Positions 10,359 through 20,693 are shown, numbered from the stretch's first letter. The stretch: 64,000 bases of DNA from Candidatus Roizmanbacteria bacterium GW2011_GWC2_34_23 (GCA_000990305.1 LBPR01000002.1:8688-72687), one strand, 5' to 3'. The notes: a model not told the origin generated them from the letters alone. A program made the numbers and translations.

Positions 10359-11282
10359 TTAGTTAAGTTGAATCTCCATCTTCTTCAATTCTTCTTCTAT
10401 TAACTCGATTGATTTTTTTCCAACGCCTTTCATTCCGGTCAATTTTTCTTTTCCAGTCTTTACTAAGTCAGCTACTGTCTCAATTTTTTCCCTAAGCAAT
10501 GCATTGATTACTCTAGAAGGTAAATTTAATTCATCGATAATAATATTAAATAATTTTTTATCAATGGCCTCTTTTCTTTCGTCGGCCACACTTATTTGTT
10601 TCTTTAATTCTGGAGCATCGCGACCAGAAAGTAGATAATCAAAATATTCTGTTAATAATTTAGACGCTTCTTTAATGGCTGTTTCTGGCTTAATACTTCC
10701 ATCTGTTTCCAGTTCGATAATCAATCTGTCAGAATTATCTTTTCTGCCGATTCTGGCTTCTTCTACTTTAACGTTTACTTTTTTTATAGGAGAAAAAAAT
10801 GCATCAACAGGAATATAACCGGTCTTTTTTTCTTCCCGATCTTCAACTGTCGAATAACCAACTCCTACCTCAACAATCGCCTCAAAAGAAAATTTAGCTT
10901 TATCATCAGTCATTTCACCAATGTAAAAATCTCCATTGATTGGTTTTATTTCCCCTTCTAAATCTTTTGCAAATATTTTTTTGGCGCCTCGTCCTTCAAA
11001 ACTAACTTTGTAAGGACCTCCTTCTTTTACATCAAATTTAAGCTGTTTTAAATTCAACATTATTTCCAATATTGATTCTTTTACTCCTGGAATAACCGAA
11101 AAAAGATGTGGGGCTCCATCAAATTTAATATTTGTAACGGCTACACCCTTCAAAGAAGAAAGAAGGGTCCTTCTTAAGGCATGACCCATACTCTGACCAA
11201 AACCTTGTGGCAACGGTTCAATAACAAACTTTCCATAATTACCCTCTTCATTTTTTTGGGTAAAAAAAATTGGACTAAACAT
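10359..11282 (-). CDS. rpoA: RNA polymerase alpha subunit
   Basis: EPLPQGFGQSMGHALRRTLLSS; alpha-CTD. Confidence 0.97.
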   Translation of the reverse strand: MFSPIFFTQKNEEGNYGKFVIEPLPQGFGQSMGHALRRTLLSSLKGVAVTNIKFDGAPHLFSVIPGVKESILEIMLNLKQLKFDVKEGGPYKVSFEGRGAKKIFAKDLEGEIKPINGDFYIGEMTDDKAKFSFEAIVEVGVGYSTVEDREEKKTGYIPVDAFFSPIKKVNVKVEEARIGRKDNSDRLIIELETDGSIKPETAIKEASKLLTEYFDYLLSGRDAPELKKQISVADERKEAIDKKLFNIIIDELNLPSRVINALLREKIETVADLVKTGKEKLTGMKGVGKKSIELIEEELKKMEIQLN

Positions 11283-11320
11283 AAATATATATAAAATTTA
11301 TAATCTTTATAACCGTTATA

Positions 11321-11941
11321 TTATCTGGAATAATATTCAATGATTAATCTCAGATTTATCAATTTTTCAATTACTTCCTGGGTTGGCTCTGATATCAGTT
11401 TTCCAATAATAGCTTTTTTTTCTAACCATGATGGTAAAATAATATCTTTATTATTTAAACAACTTTCAATATACGGAATTTTTGTTGTCTTAACATCACC
11501 AAAGCTTATTTCTTCTCCCACTCTGACTAGGTAAGAAGGAATCGATAGTCTTTTTTTATTAACAACAATATGTCCGTGAGTGATTAATTGACGGGCCGCC
11601 GCACGAGTAGGAGTAAAACCTAAATGAAACACTATATTGTCAAGCCTACTTTCCAAAGAATGAGACAAATATGAAGCGGTGTTGCCTTTTTTCAAACTGG
11701 CCTTTTTAAAATAATTTTTTAATTGTTTTTCAGTAATTCCAAACATGTATCTTAATTTTTGTTTTTCCCGGAGTTGAGTACCTCTTTCTGATACTTTCTT
11801 TCTTTTTCGCAGTCCATGTTGACCCGGAGGCACGTTAAGTTTTTTTAGAAGGCGCGCATGAGATTTAGAACCGACTGTCTTTAATTCTAAATCTACTCCC
11901 TCGCGCCGAGAAATTCTATTTTTAGGACCTGTGTATCTCAT
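11321..11941 (-). CDS. rpsD: 30S ribosomal protein S4
   Basis: RYTGPK, PPGQHG, LESRLDN. Confidence 0.97.
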   Translation of the reverse strand: MRYTGPKNRISRREGVDLELKTVGSKSHARLLKKLNVPPGQHGLRKRKKVSERGTQLREKQKLRYMFGITEKQLKNYFKKASLKKGNTASYLSHSLESRLDNIVFHLGFTPTRAAARQLITHGHIVVNKKRLSIPSYLVRVGEEISFGDVKTTKIPYIESCLNNKDIILPSWLEKKAIIGKLISEPTQEVIEKLINLRLIIEYYSR

Positions 11942-11950
11942 ATTTTTTTT

Positions 11951-11978
11951 GTACGGAACAAAAATTTTTGTTCCCTAC
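11951..11978 (-). repeat. 28-bp REP-like palindrome, family A
   Basis: GTAG-GGAACAAAAATTTTTGTTCC-GTAC on minus strand between rpsK and rpsD. Confidence 0.9.
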
Positions 11979-11985
11979 CTTAACT

Positions 11986-12360
11986 TTAAACTCTCCGTAT
12001 CTTCGGTGGTCTCACACCATTGTGGGGAACCGGCGTAATATCTATAATTCTATTAATGTCAATCCTCGATGATTTAACTGCTCTTAGAGATGCTTCCCGT
12101 CCCGGACCAATTCCTTTAACCAAGACATCAGCAACTTGAAACTGATATTTCTCTTCTGCTTTTTTTATGGCACTTTCAGTCGTTACGGTTGCTGCATAAG
12201 GAGTTGATTTTCTCGTGCCGGAAAATCCATGCATTCCAGTTGATCCGACTACTAACGGATTACCTATTTCATCGGTAATCGTAACCAAAGTGTTATTAAA
12301 AGTAGAAGTAATATATATCTTACCTTTAATAACAGTTTTGTTTGTTTGTTTTTTTATCAT
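11986..12360 (-). CDS. rpsK: 30S ribosomal protein S11
   Basis: STFNNT, RKSTPYAA, PHNGVRPPK. Confidence 0.97.
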   Translation of the reverse strand: MIKKQTNKTVIKGKIYITSTFNNTLVTITDEIGNPLVVGSTGMHGFSGTRKSTPYAATVTTESAIKKAEEKYQFQVADVLVKGIGPGREASLRAVKSSRIDINRIIDITPVPHNGVRPPKIRRV

Positions 12361-12373
12361 ATTTATAAATAAT

Positions 12374-12805
12374 TTATTTTGTTTCTTTAGTTTTTACTGG
12401 TTCAGTTGTTTTATTTTGTTCAAGCTTAGCCCACATCTCTTTCTTTAGGGCACCAACCGTCTTTCTTTTTCCTCTTTTAGTTCTAGCATTAGATTTTGTC
12501 CGTTGTCCATCAACAGGTAATCCTCGAACATGTCTTATTCCTCTATAGCTTCCAATCTCTCTTAATCTTTTGATATTATCATTAATTGCTTCCCTCAAAT
12601 AACCTTCTACTTTATAGTTTGTTTCAATTACTTCAAGAATCTTTTTAAACTCTTCTTCCGTTACTTCTTTTACTTTTTTATTGGCGTCTACACCTGTTTG
12701 CGATAAAACAGCTTTAACGTTTGTCCAGCCAATTCCATACAAAGTTGTTAACGCATAATCAATCCGTTTCTCATCCGGTAATGTAACCCCAAGCATTCTC
12801 GCCAT
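12374..12805 (-). CDS. rpsM: 30S ribosomal protein S13
   Basis: YGIG, YRGIRHVRGLPV.GQRTKSNARTKRG. Confidence 0.97.
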   Translation of the reverse strand: MARMLGVTLPDEKRIDYALTTLYGIGWTNVKAVLSQTGVDANKKVKEVTEEEFKKILEVIETNYKVEGYLREAINDNIKRLREIGSYRGIRHVRGLPVDGQRTKSNARTKRGKRKTVGALKKEMWAKLEQNKTTEPVKTKETK

Positions 12806-12810
12806 AATTT

Positions 12811-12924
12811 TTATCCTTGTTTTTGTTTGTGCTTAACGTTTAAGCAAACAACATATAAATTACCTTTTCTTTTAACTATTTTGCACTTTGGACAAATTTT
12901 TTTTACTGATGAGTGAATCTTCAT
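12811..12924 (-). CDS. rpmJ: 50S ribosomal protein L36
   Basis: Manual translation [37 protein letters not shown]. Confidence 0.95.
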   Translation of the reverse strand: MKIHSSVKKICPKCKIVKRKGNLYVVCLNVKHKQKQG

Positions 12925-12926
12925 AA

Positions 12927-13142
12927 TTATTGTCTATAAATAATTCTTCCTCTATTTAAATCGTAATGGGTCATTTCTATTTTAACCTTATCTCCAGGAA
13001 GGATTTTAATATAATTCTTCCTCATCTTTCCTGACAAATAGCACAAAATTACTTTTTCCGAATTTAATAGCTTTACTTTAAACAAGGTGTTGGGAAGATT
13101 TTCAATCACCTCTCCCTCGACCGTAATCACGTCATCCTTCAT
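12927..13142 (-). CDS. infA: Translation initiation factor IF-1
   Basis: [25 protein letters not shown]. Confidence 0.97.
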   Translation of the reverse strand: MKDDVITVEGEVIENLPNTLFKVKLLNSEKVILCYLSGKMRKNYIKILPGDKVKIEMTHYDLNRGRIIYRQ

Positions 13143-13176
13143 AAAGTCTATATTTTAACATAAAATAATTATATTT

Positions 13177-13929
13177 TCATGTCAAAATTATTGGTCCCTG
13201 ATCGGTAACAGCTATTGTGTGTTCAAAACAGGCTGATATACTTCGATCTTTGGTAATGACTGACCAATTGTCCTTTTCATAGATCATAACATCGGTCCCC
13301 ATTGCATAAATAATTTCTATTGCTATTACTAAACCTTTTTTTATCAGTAAAGATTTATTTATTGGTTTATCTACAAAACCGAATACATATGGATCTTCGT
13401 GTAATTTTTTTCCAATTCCATGACCGGTTAACTCTTTTATAATAAAATATCCATTACCGGTAACTTCTCTTTCAATTACTTTAGAAATTGCCCCGAGTCT
13501 ATTACCTATTTTTGCTTCTTTAATGGCTAAATAAAGAGTATCTTCTCCTATTTTTAAAAATTTATTAACTGCTACATCTTTGCTTTTTCCTCCAACTACT
13601 TTAGTTATTGCATAATCAGTGTGCCAACCTTTATACAACATTCCAATATCTAAAGTTAAGACATCTCCGGAATTTAAAACGCGATTACTAGGTTTTGTAT
13701 GGACTATTTGCTCATTAACAGGAGAACAAATACTAAATAAATATCCGGGAACAGTTTTAAAAGATGATTCTCCTCCTTGTTTCTTTATTAATTCCTCAGC
13801 TCTGTCATCTATTTCTTTAGTAGTAATTCCTGCTCTGATTAATGGTAACAAGTCTTCAACAACATTCTTTAATTTTCTACCGCCTTCTGCCATTATTACA
13901 ATTTCCTGGGTCGACTTTAGATTCACCAT
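13177..13929 (-). CDS. map: Methionine aminopeptidase type I
   Basis: DIG..HTD, LTGHGIG..LHEDP, FEHT. Confidence 0.95.
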   Translation of the reverse strand: MVNLKSTQEIVIMAEGGRKLKNVVEDLLPLIRAGITTKEIDDRAEELIKKQGGESSFKTVPGYLFSICSPVNEQIVHTKPSNRVLNSGDVLTLDIGMLYKGWHTDYAITKVVGGKSKDVAVNKFLKIGEDTLYLAIKEAKIGNRLGAISKVIEREVTGNGYFIIKELTGHGIGKKLHEDPYVFGFVDKPINKSLLIKKGLVIAIEIIYAMGTDVMIYEKDNWSVITKDRSISACFEHTIAVTDQGPIILT

Positions 13930-15033
13930 TTATGAAAAATAAATTGTTCGATATGTTAATTCTAATTTGTCATAAAATTCTTCTTTAGAATAATTATTTT
14001 TAATCACATGGTCTGCATAAGCAATGGTTGGACCCATGTCTCGTTCTTCACCGTAATGTTCAGACCTATTATTTCTTTTTGAAATTCTTTTATATCGAAG
14101 CAGTTTTTCAGAGTATATACAAACGATAACTAAATTAACTTCTGGAAATTGTTTTTTTAAATATAAATATTCTTCCCATGAACGCATTCCTTCAATAATA
14201 ATTATCTGATTATTTATTAAAGCTTCTTTAATCTTATTGGCGTTTAAAACTGCTATGGCTTCCTTTCCATACTTTACTCTTAATTCTTCCCTAACTTTTT
14301 TGTGAACTTGTTCACTGTGAGGTAAGTTATTTTGATTAATATGGTCAATAACAGTTTTACCAAAAGAAATAACAGTTAAGTTTTTACTTTTTAAAAAAGC
14401 AGCTGCATCCGTCTTTCCGCTCCCGGGTAAACCAACAATGGCAATTATGGTTTTTTGTTTTCTTTTCCAATTTGTTACTTGATTTTTAATAAGTTGTTTA
14501 CCTAAACCTTTAAGAATCTCTTCATTGACTTCTTCAATTTTCATCGTTCCATCAATGTCAATCAACTTACCTTCTTTTCTGTAATATCCAATCACCGGTT
14601 CAGTAAATTTATAGAATAAAGTAATTCTTTTTTTTAAGGCTGGCAAAGTTTCGTCACTTCTTGTATTGTCATCCCGATGGAATAATCTCCAAATGGCTTC
14701 TTTCTGGGAAATATCAAGATAGATTATTTTATCGACATTATTTTTAAATTCTTTTATCTGTTCCAGGGTTCTGGGAAATCCGTCCAAGATATATCCCTTT
14801 TTATATTCTGGGCGTGTTAGATAAGAATTAACGATTTCAATTGTTTTTTCGTCGGGAACAAGGAGTCCTGAGTTAACCGTTTCTTTTATATACCGGCCTA
14901 ATTGTGTCTTTTCTTTGGCAATTTCCCTAAAGATATGGCCTGTTGAAAGATATGGTAACTTTAACTGTTTAGATAATAAATTTCCTTGAGTTGATTTACC
15001 AGATCCTTGAATACCAATTAAGACTAATTTCAT
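13930..15033 (-). CDS. adk: Adenylate kinase fused to a second P-loop NMP/dephospho-CoA-kinase-like domain
   Basis: GIQGSGKST..LDGFPR domain, then GLPGSGKT..EGMRS domain; canonical position upstream of map. Confidence 0.85.
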   Translation of the reverse strand: MKLVLIGIQGSGKSTQGNLLSKQLKLPYLSTGHIFREIAKEKTQLGRYIKETVNSGLLVPDEKTIEIVNSYLTRPEYKKGYILDGFPRTLEQIKEFKNNVDKIIYLDISQKEAIWRLFHRDDNTRSDETLPALKKRITLFYKFTEPVIGYYRKEGKLIDIDGTMKIEEVNEEILKGLGKQLIKNQVTNWKRKQKTIIAIVGLPGSGKTDAAAFLKSKNLTVISFGKTVIDHINQNNLPHSEQVHKKVREELRVKYGKEAIAVLNANKIKEALINNQIIIIEGMRSWEEYLYLKKQFPEVNLVIVCIYSEKLLRYKRISKRNNRSEHYGEERDMGPTIAYADHVIKNNYSKEEFYDKLELTYRTIYFS

Positions 15034-15072
15034 ATAATATTTATAAAAGTTATAAATTTTATAACACTTATA

Positions 15073-15246
15073 TTAATCAAGTTTCTTCGTTTCCTTATGT
15101 GCCGTATGCTTTCGACATTTTTGACAAAATTTATTCAGCTTTAGACTACCGGTTGTATTGACTTTATTTTTTTCAACCACGTAATTAACTGATTGACATA
15201 TTTCACAAATCAAACCAACATCAATTCTTGAACCTTTTTTAGCCAT
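15073..15246 (-). CDS. rpmG: 50S ribosomal protein L33 (Zn-ribbon type)
   Basis: Manual translation MAKKGSRIDVGLICEICQSVNYVVEKNKVNTTGSLKLNKFCQKCRKHTAHKETKKLD. Confidence 0.93.
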   Translation of the reverse strand: MAKKGSRIDVGLICEICQSVNYVVEKNKVNTTGSLKLNKFCQKCRKHTAHKETKKLD

Positions 15247-15277
15247 ATTTTTATTTTATTAAATTTGTAACAACTCT

Positions 15278-15305
15278 GTACGGAACAAAAATTTTTGTTC
15301 CCTAC
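15278..15305 (-). repeat. 28-bp REP-like palindrome, family A, overlapping the secY stop
   Basis: GTAG of the repeat contains the secY TAG. Confidence 0.9.
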
Positions 15306-16591
15306 TTCACAAATCTATCATAATTCCTCATTACTAACTGAGATTCAACTTTTTTGAAAGTTTCCAAAATTACGGAAACAACGATTAAAATACCGGTGCC
15401 TCCTATCACTAAATTCGTCATACCTGTTATTTTTGAAACTAATACCGGCATAACGGCAATAATACCTAAAAACACGGCTCCAACCGTTGTAATTCTGTAT
15501 AAAATTCTTTGTAAATATTCTTTCGTAGCAATACCCGGACGGATTCCAGGAATAAACCCTCCTTGTTTTTGAATTTCTTCAGAAATTTTTTGCGGGTTAA
15601 AAACAATAATCGTATAAAAAAAAGTAAAACCAACCACAAGAAAAAAATAGAAAAAATTATAAAAAAATCCTGTTGATGAAAAAACTGTCGAAAGAAAGTT
15701 GCCGATATTAGCTAAGGCAGGATTTTTTACATATTTTAGAAAATTACCAATTAATTGAGGAAAAAGAACAAATGAGACGGCAAATATAATCGGAATGACG
15801 CCTGCCTGATTTAGTTTTAGGGGAAGGAAATTAGTCGCTCCTTGATACATACGATTTCCTTTAATTCTTTTCGCATAAAGTACAGGAATCTTTCTCGTTG
15901 CCTCGTTAATAAAGACAATAGCCGCGATAACAAATAAGGAAAGGGCCAAAAAAATAATCACATTAAAAATAATTTCTTGATTAAATATCGTCGCAGTCCT
16001 TCCAAGTAAAACATGAAGTCGTCCAACGATTCCAACAAAAATTAACAATGATATTCCATTTCCAAGACCAAATTCGGAGATTAACTCACCAAACCAAACT
16101 AAAATAAATGTCCCGGCGACCATAGTGACAATAAATGAAAAGAACTCGAGTGGACTCAAAACTCCAATTACTTTTTGGTTTTTAAGGAGCATGAATATGC
16201 CGATCGCTTGAACTATTGTCAATGGAACTGTCAACATTCTCGTATATTGATTTATTTTAGCTCTCCCATATTCTCCCTCTTTAGATAAATTTTCTAAATG
16301 AGGAATCATCATTGTCAGCATTTGTAAAACGATTGACGCGTTGATATACGGATTCAAACCTAAAGCCATAACAGAAAAATTAATTAAAGTTCCTCCGGAA
16401 AATATATCTAAGAGCGATAGAAATTGATTTTGTGAAAATAGGTCTCGAAGTTTTACCAGGTTAATTGCTGGAACCGGTAAAAATGCAAAAAATCTAAATG
16501 CTAAAAAGATAAATAAAGTGAATAAAAGTTTTTTCTTCAGCTCAGGATCCTTGAGAAGAATATTGATTTTTTCGATTATTTTTTTAATCAT
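15302..16591 (-). CDS. secY: Preprotein translocase SecY
   Basis: [27 protein letters not shown]. Confidence 0.97.
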   Translation of the reverse strand: MIKKIIEKINILLKDPELKKKLLFTLFIFLAFRFFAFLPVPAINLVKLRDLFSQNQFLSLLDIFSGGTLINFSVMALGLNPYINASIVLQMLTMMIPHLENLSKEGEYGRAKINQYTRMLTVPLTIVQAIGIFMLLKNQKVIGVLSPLEFFSFIVTMVAGTFILVWFGELISEFGLGNGISLLIFVGIVGRLHVLLGRTATIFNQEIIFNVIIFLALSLFVIAAIVFINEATRKIPVLYAKRIKGNRMYQGATNFLPLKLNQAGVIPIIFAVSFVLFPQLIGNFLKYVKNPALANIGNFLSTVFSSTGFFYNFFYFFLVVGFTFFYTIIVFNPQKISEEIQKQGGFIPGIRPGIATKEYLQRILYRITTVGAVFLGIIAVMPVLVSKITGMTNLVIGGTGILIVVSVILETFKKVESQLVMRNYDRFVK

Positions 16592-16594
16592 TTT

Positions 16595-17041
16595 TTAGAG
16601 TTCAACCTGACCGCCGAGTTTTTCGACAGCCTCCTTAACTTTTTTAGATACAGGTAGTTTTACAATCAACTTTTTTTTCAACTGACCATTGGCTAAGATT
16701 TTTACCGGTAAATTTTCTTTTCCATTAGTGATTATATTTTCTTTGATTAATGTTTCTCTGTTAACAATTGAGTTATCTTTCAACTTATTCAAGGATACCA
16801 AATCAATTATAAAAGCTTTCTGCTTAATAGAATTGTTCTTTCCTTTACCTCGTAAAAGTGGAAATTTTTTAACAATTCTTCCCTGTCCACCTTCAAAATG
16901 AAGAGGGATGCTTTCTCGAGCTTTTTGATGCCTGGTCGTTCCCCGCCCTGACTTAGAGCCTTTTCCACTACCAAGACCCCGACCAAGTCGTTTTTTCTTT
17001 TTAATATTTACTTTTGGTAAATTGGATAAAAAATTATTCAT
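16595..17041 (-). CDS. rplO: 50S ribosomal protein L15
   Basis: RLGRGLGSGKG, FEGGQ. Confidence 0.96.
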   Translation of the reverse strand: MNNFLSNLPKVNIKKKKRLGRGLGSGKGSKSGRGTTRHQKARESIPLHFEGGQGRIVKKFPLLRGKGKNNSIKQKAFIIDLVSLNKLKDNSIVNRETLIKENIITNGKENLPVKILANGQLKKKLIVKLPVSKKVKEAVEKLGGQVEL

Positions 17042-17048
17042 ATTATAA

Positions 17049-17507
17049 TTAAAATTTCGTGCGTAATAAGTTTAAAGCCTTCATAACTGCATAAGTATTA
17101 ACAATTTGATTTCTGGAACCAATAATCTTTCCAGAGGCATTTTCTACTCCAGCCAAATCCAAGATTACACGAGTAACGCTACCAACTTTTAAACCTGTGC
17201 CTTCTGGAGCCGGTTTTAATAATATTCTAGCTGCTTTAAATTTTACCCTGACTTCATGAGGAATAGTTTTGTTTCTCATTGGCACGTTAATCATGTGTTT
17301 TTTTGCGTAACTAATGGCTTTTTGAATTGCTGGAGGCACTTCTAAAGATCTACCCAATCCAATGCCAACTTTACCTTTTCGGTTTCCCACGACGACTAAC
17401 GCAGAAAAAGTCACGTAATTACCTCCAGTAGTCTTTTTAGAGACTCGTCTGATCTTAACAACTTTTTCCTGAAATTCTTTATCTTCTTGCCTGTATCTAT
17501 TAAACAT
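17049..17507 (-). CDS. rpsE: 30S ribosomal protein S5
   Basis: RVSKKTTGG, ALVVVG, PAPEGTG. Confidence 0.96.
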   Translation of the reverse strand: MFNRYRQEDKEFQEKVVKIRRVSKKTTGGNYVTFSALVVVGNRKGKVGIGLGRSLEVPPAIQKAISYAKKHMINVPMRNKTIPHEVRVKFKAARILLKPAPEGTGLKVGSVTRVILDLAGVENASGKIIGSRNQIVNTYAVMKALNLLRTKF

Positions 17508-17518
17508 TTTTTGAAAAA

Positions 17519-17881
17519 TTAAATTTTTAATCCACCTTCTCTTAGACCTTCGGCTACGGCCTTAACTCGACCATTATACGCATAAGATCCTCGATCAAAT
17601 ACCCCAACTAATATTTTTTTTTCAATAAGTTTTTTCGCTAGCTCAATACCAATCTTTTTTGAATCTTCGCCTTTTTTATTTTTTTTAAAATCAGCTTCTT
17701 TTTTGAGATCTGAATTAGAAAAAGACAAAATCGTTTTTCGGTTCACGTCATCAATTGCTTGGGCATAAATATACTTGCTTGATCGAAAAACTGATATTCT
17801 CGGCCTATCACTCGTACCATGAATATTCGCACTAACTCTTCTTTTTCTCCTTAATTTGCGGTCTAAATTTATATTTGTCAT
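17519..17881 (-). CDS. rplR: 50S ribosomal protein L18
   Basis: RPRISVFRS, FDRGSYAYNGRV. Confidence 0.96.
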   Translation of the reverse strand: MTNINLDRKLRRKRRVSANIHGTSDRPRISVFRSSKYIYAQAIDDVNRKTILSFSNSDLKKEADFKKNKKGEDSKKIGIELAKKLIEKKILVGVFDRGSYAYNGRVKAVAEGLREGGLKI

Positions 17882-17887
17882 ATTTTT

Positions 17888-18442
17888 TTAGGCTGCGGCT
17901 CCGGCGGCTTTAGCTTTTTTACCCGGTTTAATTCTTAATTTTTCTCCCAGATATCTAATTCCTTTTCCTTTATAAACATCGGGTTTTCTAATCATCTTTA
18001 TTTGATAGGCTACTTGGCCGACTAATTGTTTGTCGTATCCTGCAACAGTTACTTTATTATTTCCTTCAACTTGATATTTTATTCCCGGTTGTTTTTTAAA
18101 AGTGACCAAATGTGAATACCCGATTTTAAAAACCAGATCCTCTCCTTGTAATTTTACCGTATAACCAGTTCCAACTACTTCTAATTTCTTCTCCCAAGGT
18201 TTTTCCACTCCTGATATCGCATTGCTTATTAACTGGCGAAACAAACCATGCAATGATCTGACTTTTTTTTCATTATTATTTCTTTTAATAATTAGGTTTT
18301 TTTCTTCTTTTATTAAAGTGATTTCTTTGGGCACATCAAAAGACATTTCTCCTTGAGGTCCCTTGACAGAAAACTTACCACTTTCAATGGTTAAGTTTAC
18401 TGCGCTTGATAGAACAATTGGTTTTTCTCCGATTTTTGACAT
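17888..18442 (-). CDS. rplF: 50S ribosomal protein L6
   Basis: MSKIG, PDVYKGKGIRY; start reassigned. Confidence 0.96.
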   Translation of the reverse strand: MSKIGEKPIVLSSAVNLTIESGKFSVKGPQGEMSFDVPKEITLIKEEKNLIIKRNNNEKKVRSLHGLFRQLISNAISGVEKPWEKKLEVVGTGYTVKLQGEDLVFKIGYSHLVTFKKQPGIKYQVEGNNKVTVAGYDKQLVGQVAYQIKMIRKPDVYKGKGIRYLGEKLRIKPGKKAKAAGAAA

Positions 18443-18446
18443 ATTC

Positions 18447-18833
18447 TTACCAAAAACTAAATAACAATTCTCCACCTAACTTTGCTTTTTTTGCCTCTCG
18501 ATCTGTCATAATACCTTTTGAAGTGGAAAGGACTGAATATCCAAAACCACTAAGTACTGGTTTTAAATTTTTATAAGATATATATAATCTCATTCCCGGT
18601 TTTGAAAATATTTTTACATCTGTTATGGCTGGATTACCTTCTTCATAACTTAAATTAATTATAATATTCTTTTTAATTTTGCCTTTAACTGAATAGCTTT
18701 CAATAAATTTTAAATTCATCAACTTTTTTAAAATGGCTTCTTTATATTTTGAATGGGGCGACTCAATAATCTCTTTTTTCGCCATATATCCGTTTTTAAT
18801 TCTTATAACCAGATCAATGATTGAATTTTCCAT
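18447..18833 (-). CDS. rpsH: 30S ribosomal protein S8
   Basis: IRIKNG, SKPGMRLY, STSKG..GGEL; start reassigned. Confidence 0.96.
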   Translation of the reverse strand: MENSIIDLVIRIKNGYMAKKEIIESPHSKYKEAILKKLMNLKFIESYSVKGKIKKNIIINLSYEEGNPAITDVKIFSKPGMRLYISYKNLKPVLSGFGYSVLSTSKGIMTDREAKKAKLGGELLFSFW

Positions 18834-18837
18834 ATTT

Positions 18838-19122
18838 TTATGTTGCTTCAACAACTTTTTTTGTAACTTTCCCATGGCTTCGGAATGTTCGAGTGATCGA
18901 AAATTCTCCTAACCTGTGACCAACCATGTTTTCAGTTATAGAAACTTCTATAAATTTTCTTCCATTGTGAATGCCAAATTTATGTCCTACAAAGTCTGGT
19001 GGAATCTGACATGCCCGTGACCAGGTTTTGATAGCTGTGTTATCGTTCGTTTCCTTTTGCTTGATGACCTTTTTCATTAATCGGTCGTCAATATAAGGAC
19101 CTTTTTTACTTGATCTACTCAT
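18838..19122 (-). CDS. rpsS: 30S ribosomal protein S19 (relocated)
   Basis: [30 protein letters not shown]. Confidence 0.96.
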   Translation of the reverse strand: MSRSSKKGPYIDDRLMKKVIKQKETNDNTAIKTWSRACQIPPDFVGHKFGIHNGRKFIEVSITENMVGHRLGEFSITRTFRSHGKVTKKVVEAT

Positions 19123-19304
19123 AGTGAAATTTTTTTAACTCCGGGAATATCTCCCTGTAATGCTTTTTCCCTAAAACAAATTCTACATAATCCAAATCTT
19201 CGCATATATCCTCTCGCTCTTCCACAGATTGCGCAACGGTTATGAAACCGTACCTTAAATTTCTGTTTTTTCAAAAATTTAACCACACTTGACGTTTTTG
19301 CCAT
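19119..19304 (-). CDS. rpsN: 30S ribosomal protein S14 type Z
   Basis: [17 protein letters not shown]. Confidence 0.96.
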   Translation of the reverse strand: MAKTSSVVKFLKKQKFKVRFHNRCAICGRARGYMRRFGLCRICFREKALQGDIPGVKKISL

Positions 19305-19306
19305 AA

Positions 19307-19843
19307 TTATTTCGTAAATGGAATTCCTAACATCTCAAATAATTTTTTTCCTTTTTCTTTATTTTTTGCATTGGTAACTACTGTTACTTGTAAACCTCTA
19401 ATCTTATCAATTTTATCAAAATCTATTTCAGGAAATATTATTTGTTCAGGAAAACCAATATTGAGGTTGCCGTTTTGATCAATATTACTATCAGGAATTC
19501 CTCGAAAATCTTTCAATCGAGGAATGACTATTTTAATTAATTTTTCCAAAAATTGATGCATTCTTTTCCCTCTCAAGGTTACTTTAACTCCAATTGCCAA
19601 TCCTTTTCTGATTTTAAACGCGGAAACAGATGTTCTTGCTTTAGTAATTATTGATTTTTGTCCTGCTATTGTTGATATTTGCTCTTGAATTTTTTCAATG
19701 ACATTTTTATTAGTTACCGCTTCCCCTGCTCCAACATTAATGGCGATTTTAATTATTTTAGGCACAGCCATTACATTCTTAACACCCAATTCTTTCGTCA
19801 ACTTGGGAGCAACTTCCTGATTGTAATAATCTTTGAAACTCAT
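19307..19843 (-). CDS. rplE: 50S ribosomal protein L5
   Basis: [21 protein letters not shown]; start reassigned. Confidence 0.96.
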   Translation of the reverse strand: MSFKDYYNQEVAPKLTKELGVKNVMAVPKIIKIAINVGAGEAVTNKNVIEKIQEQISTIAGQKSIITKARTSVSAFKIRKGLAIGVKVTLRGKRMHQFLEKLIKIVIPRLKDFRGIPDSNIDQNGNLNIGFPEQIIFPEIDFDKIDKIRGLQVTVVTNAKNKEKGKKLFEMLGIPFTK

Positions 19844-19862
19844 ATTTATCTTTACAAATTTT

Positions 19863-19890
19863 GTACGGAACAAAAATTTTTGTTCCCTAC
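19863..19890 (-). repeat. 28-bp REP-like palindrome, family A
   Basis: Identical to the 11951 copy; between rplX and rplE. Confidence 0.9.
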
Positions 19891-19899
19891 ATTATTAAT

Positions 19900-20226
19900 C
19901 TAAATCTTGCTATCACATTTCTTACAAATTCTAAACTTTTTACCTTGCCTGCCGGCAGGCAGGTTTTTCTCTATTTTAAATCCAATTCTTGTTACTTTTG
20001 CGCATTTTGGACAAACAAAGTTTAATTTCGAAACATTCATTGGTCTTGGTATTTCGACGATTCCGCCCTGTGGCATTTTTTCATTTTTCTTAACATGTCT
20101 TTTGTAAAGATTCATTCCAGTAATCAAAACCTTATTAGAATTTTTATAAACTTTTTCTACCACTCCAGTCTTACCTTTATCTTTACCAATTGTTATTTTG
20201 ATTTTATCGCCTTTTTTGATTTTCAT
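19900..20226 (-). CDS. rplX: 50S ribosomal protein L24 (with LPAGRQ insert)
   Basis: MKIKKGD..GKDKGK; start reassigned. Confidence 0.96.
   Translation of the reverse strand: MKIKKGDKIKITIGKDKGKTGVVEKVYKNSNKVLITGMNLYKRHVKKNEKMPQGGIVEIPRPMNVSKLNFVCPKCAKVTRIGFKIEKNLPAGRQGKKFRICKKCDSKI
19944..19963. repeat. CCTGCCTGCCGGCAGGCAGG palindrome, in frame in rplX
   Basis: One mismatch; encodes LPAGRQ. Confidence 0.9.
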
Positions 20227-20239
20227 ATTTTTATTCTCT

Positions 20240-20267
20240 GTACGGAACAAAAATTTTTGTTCCCTAC
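20240..20267 (-). repeat. 28-bp REP-like palindrome, family A
   Basis: Identical copy between rplN and rplX. Confidence 0.9.
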
Positions 20268-20275
20268 CTTTCAAA

Positions 20276-20650
20276 TTAATATATCTCTTCTGCTAAACTT
20301 GCTATCTTAGAAAAACCATTTTCTTTAACTTCCTTTCCTATTGGACCAAAAATTCTTGTTCCTTTAGGATCCTTTACTTCTTTGCTGGCAAGTAGCACAC
20401 AAGCATTTTCATCAAATCTTATATAACTACCGTCTTTTCTTCTTACTTCTTTTCTTGTCCTAACAATAACCGCGCAGTGGACTTCGCCTTGTTTTACTAG
20501 GCCGAAAGGTTGCGCTTCTTTAACGGTAATATTTATCACTTCACCCAAATAGGCAAATTTTCGGTTTCCCATTTTAGCCATACCAATCATAGAAACTTTT
20601 TTGGCTCCACTGTTATCTGCGACGTTTAGAATTGTTCTAAGCTGCAACAT
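20276..20650 (-). CDS. rplN: 50S ribosomal protein L14
   Basis: VADNSGAK, IRFDENA, GTRIFGP. Confidence 0.97.
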   Translation of the reverse strand: MLQLRTILNVADNSGAKKVSMIGMAKMGNRKFAYLGEVINITVKEAQPFGLVKQGEVHCAVIVRTRKEVRRKDGSYIRFDENACVLLASKEVKDPKGTRIFGPIGKEVKENGFSKIASLAEEIY

Positions 20651-20693
20651 ACGCTATATATAATCTTTATAATTTTTATAATCGTTATAATTG

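Noticed and set aside
19844-20274. N-terminal extensions of L24 and L5 (REQKFLFRT)
   Set aside because: These are translations of family A palindromes upstream of the likely true starts.
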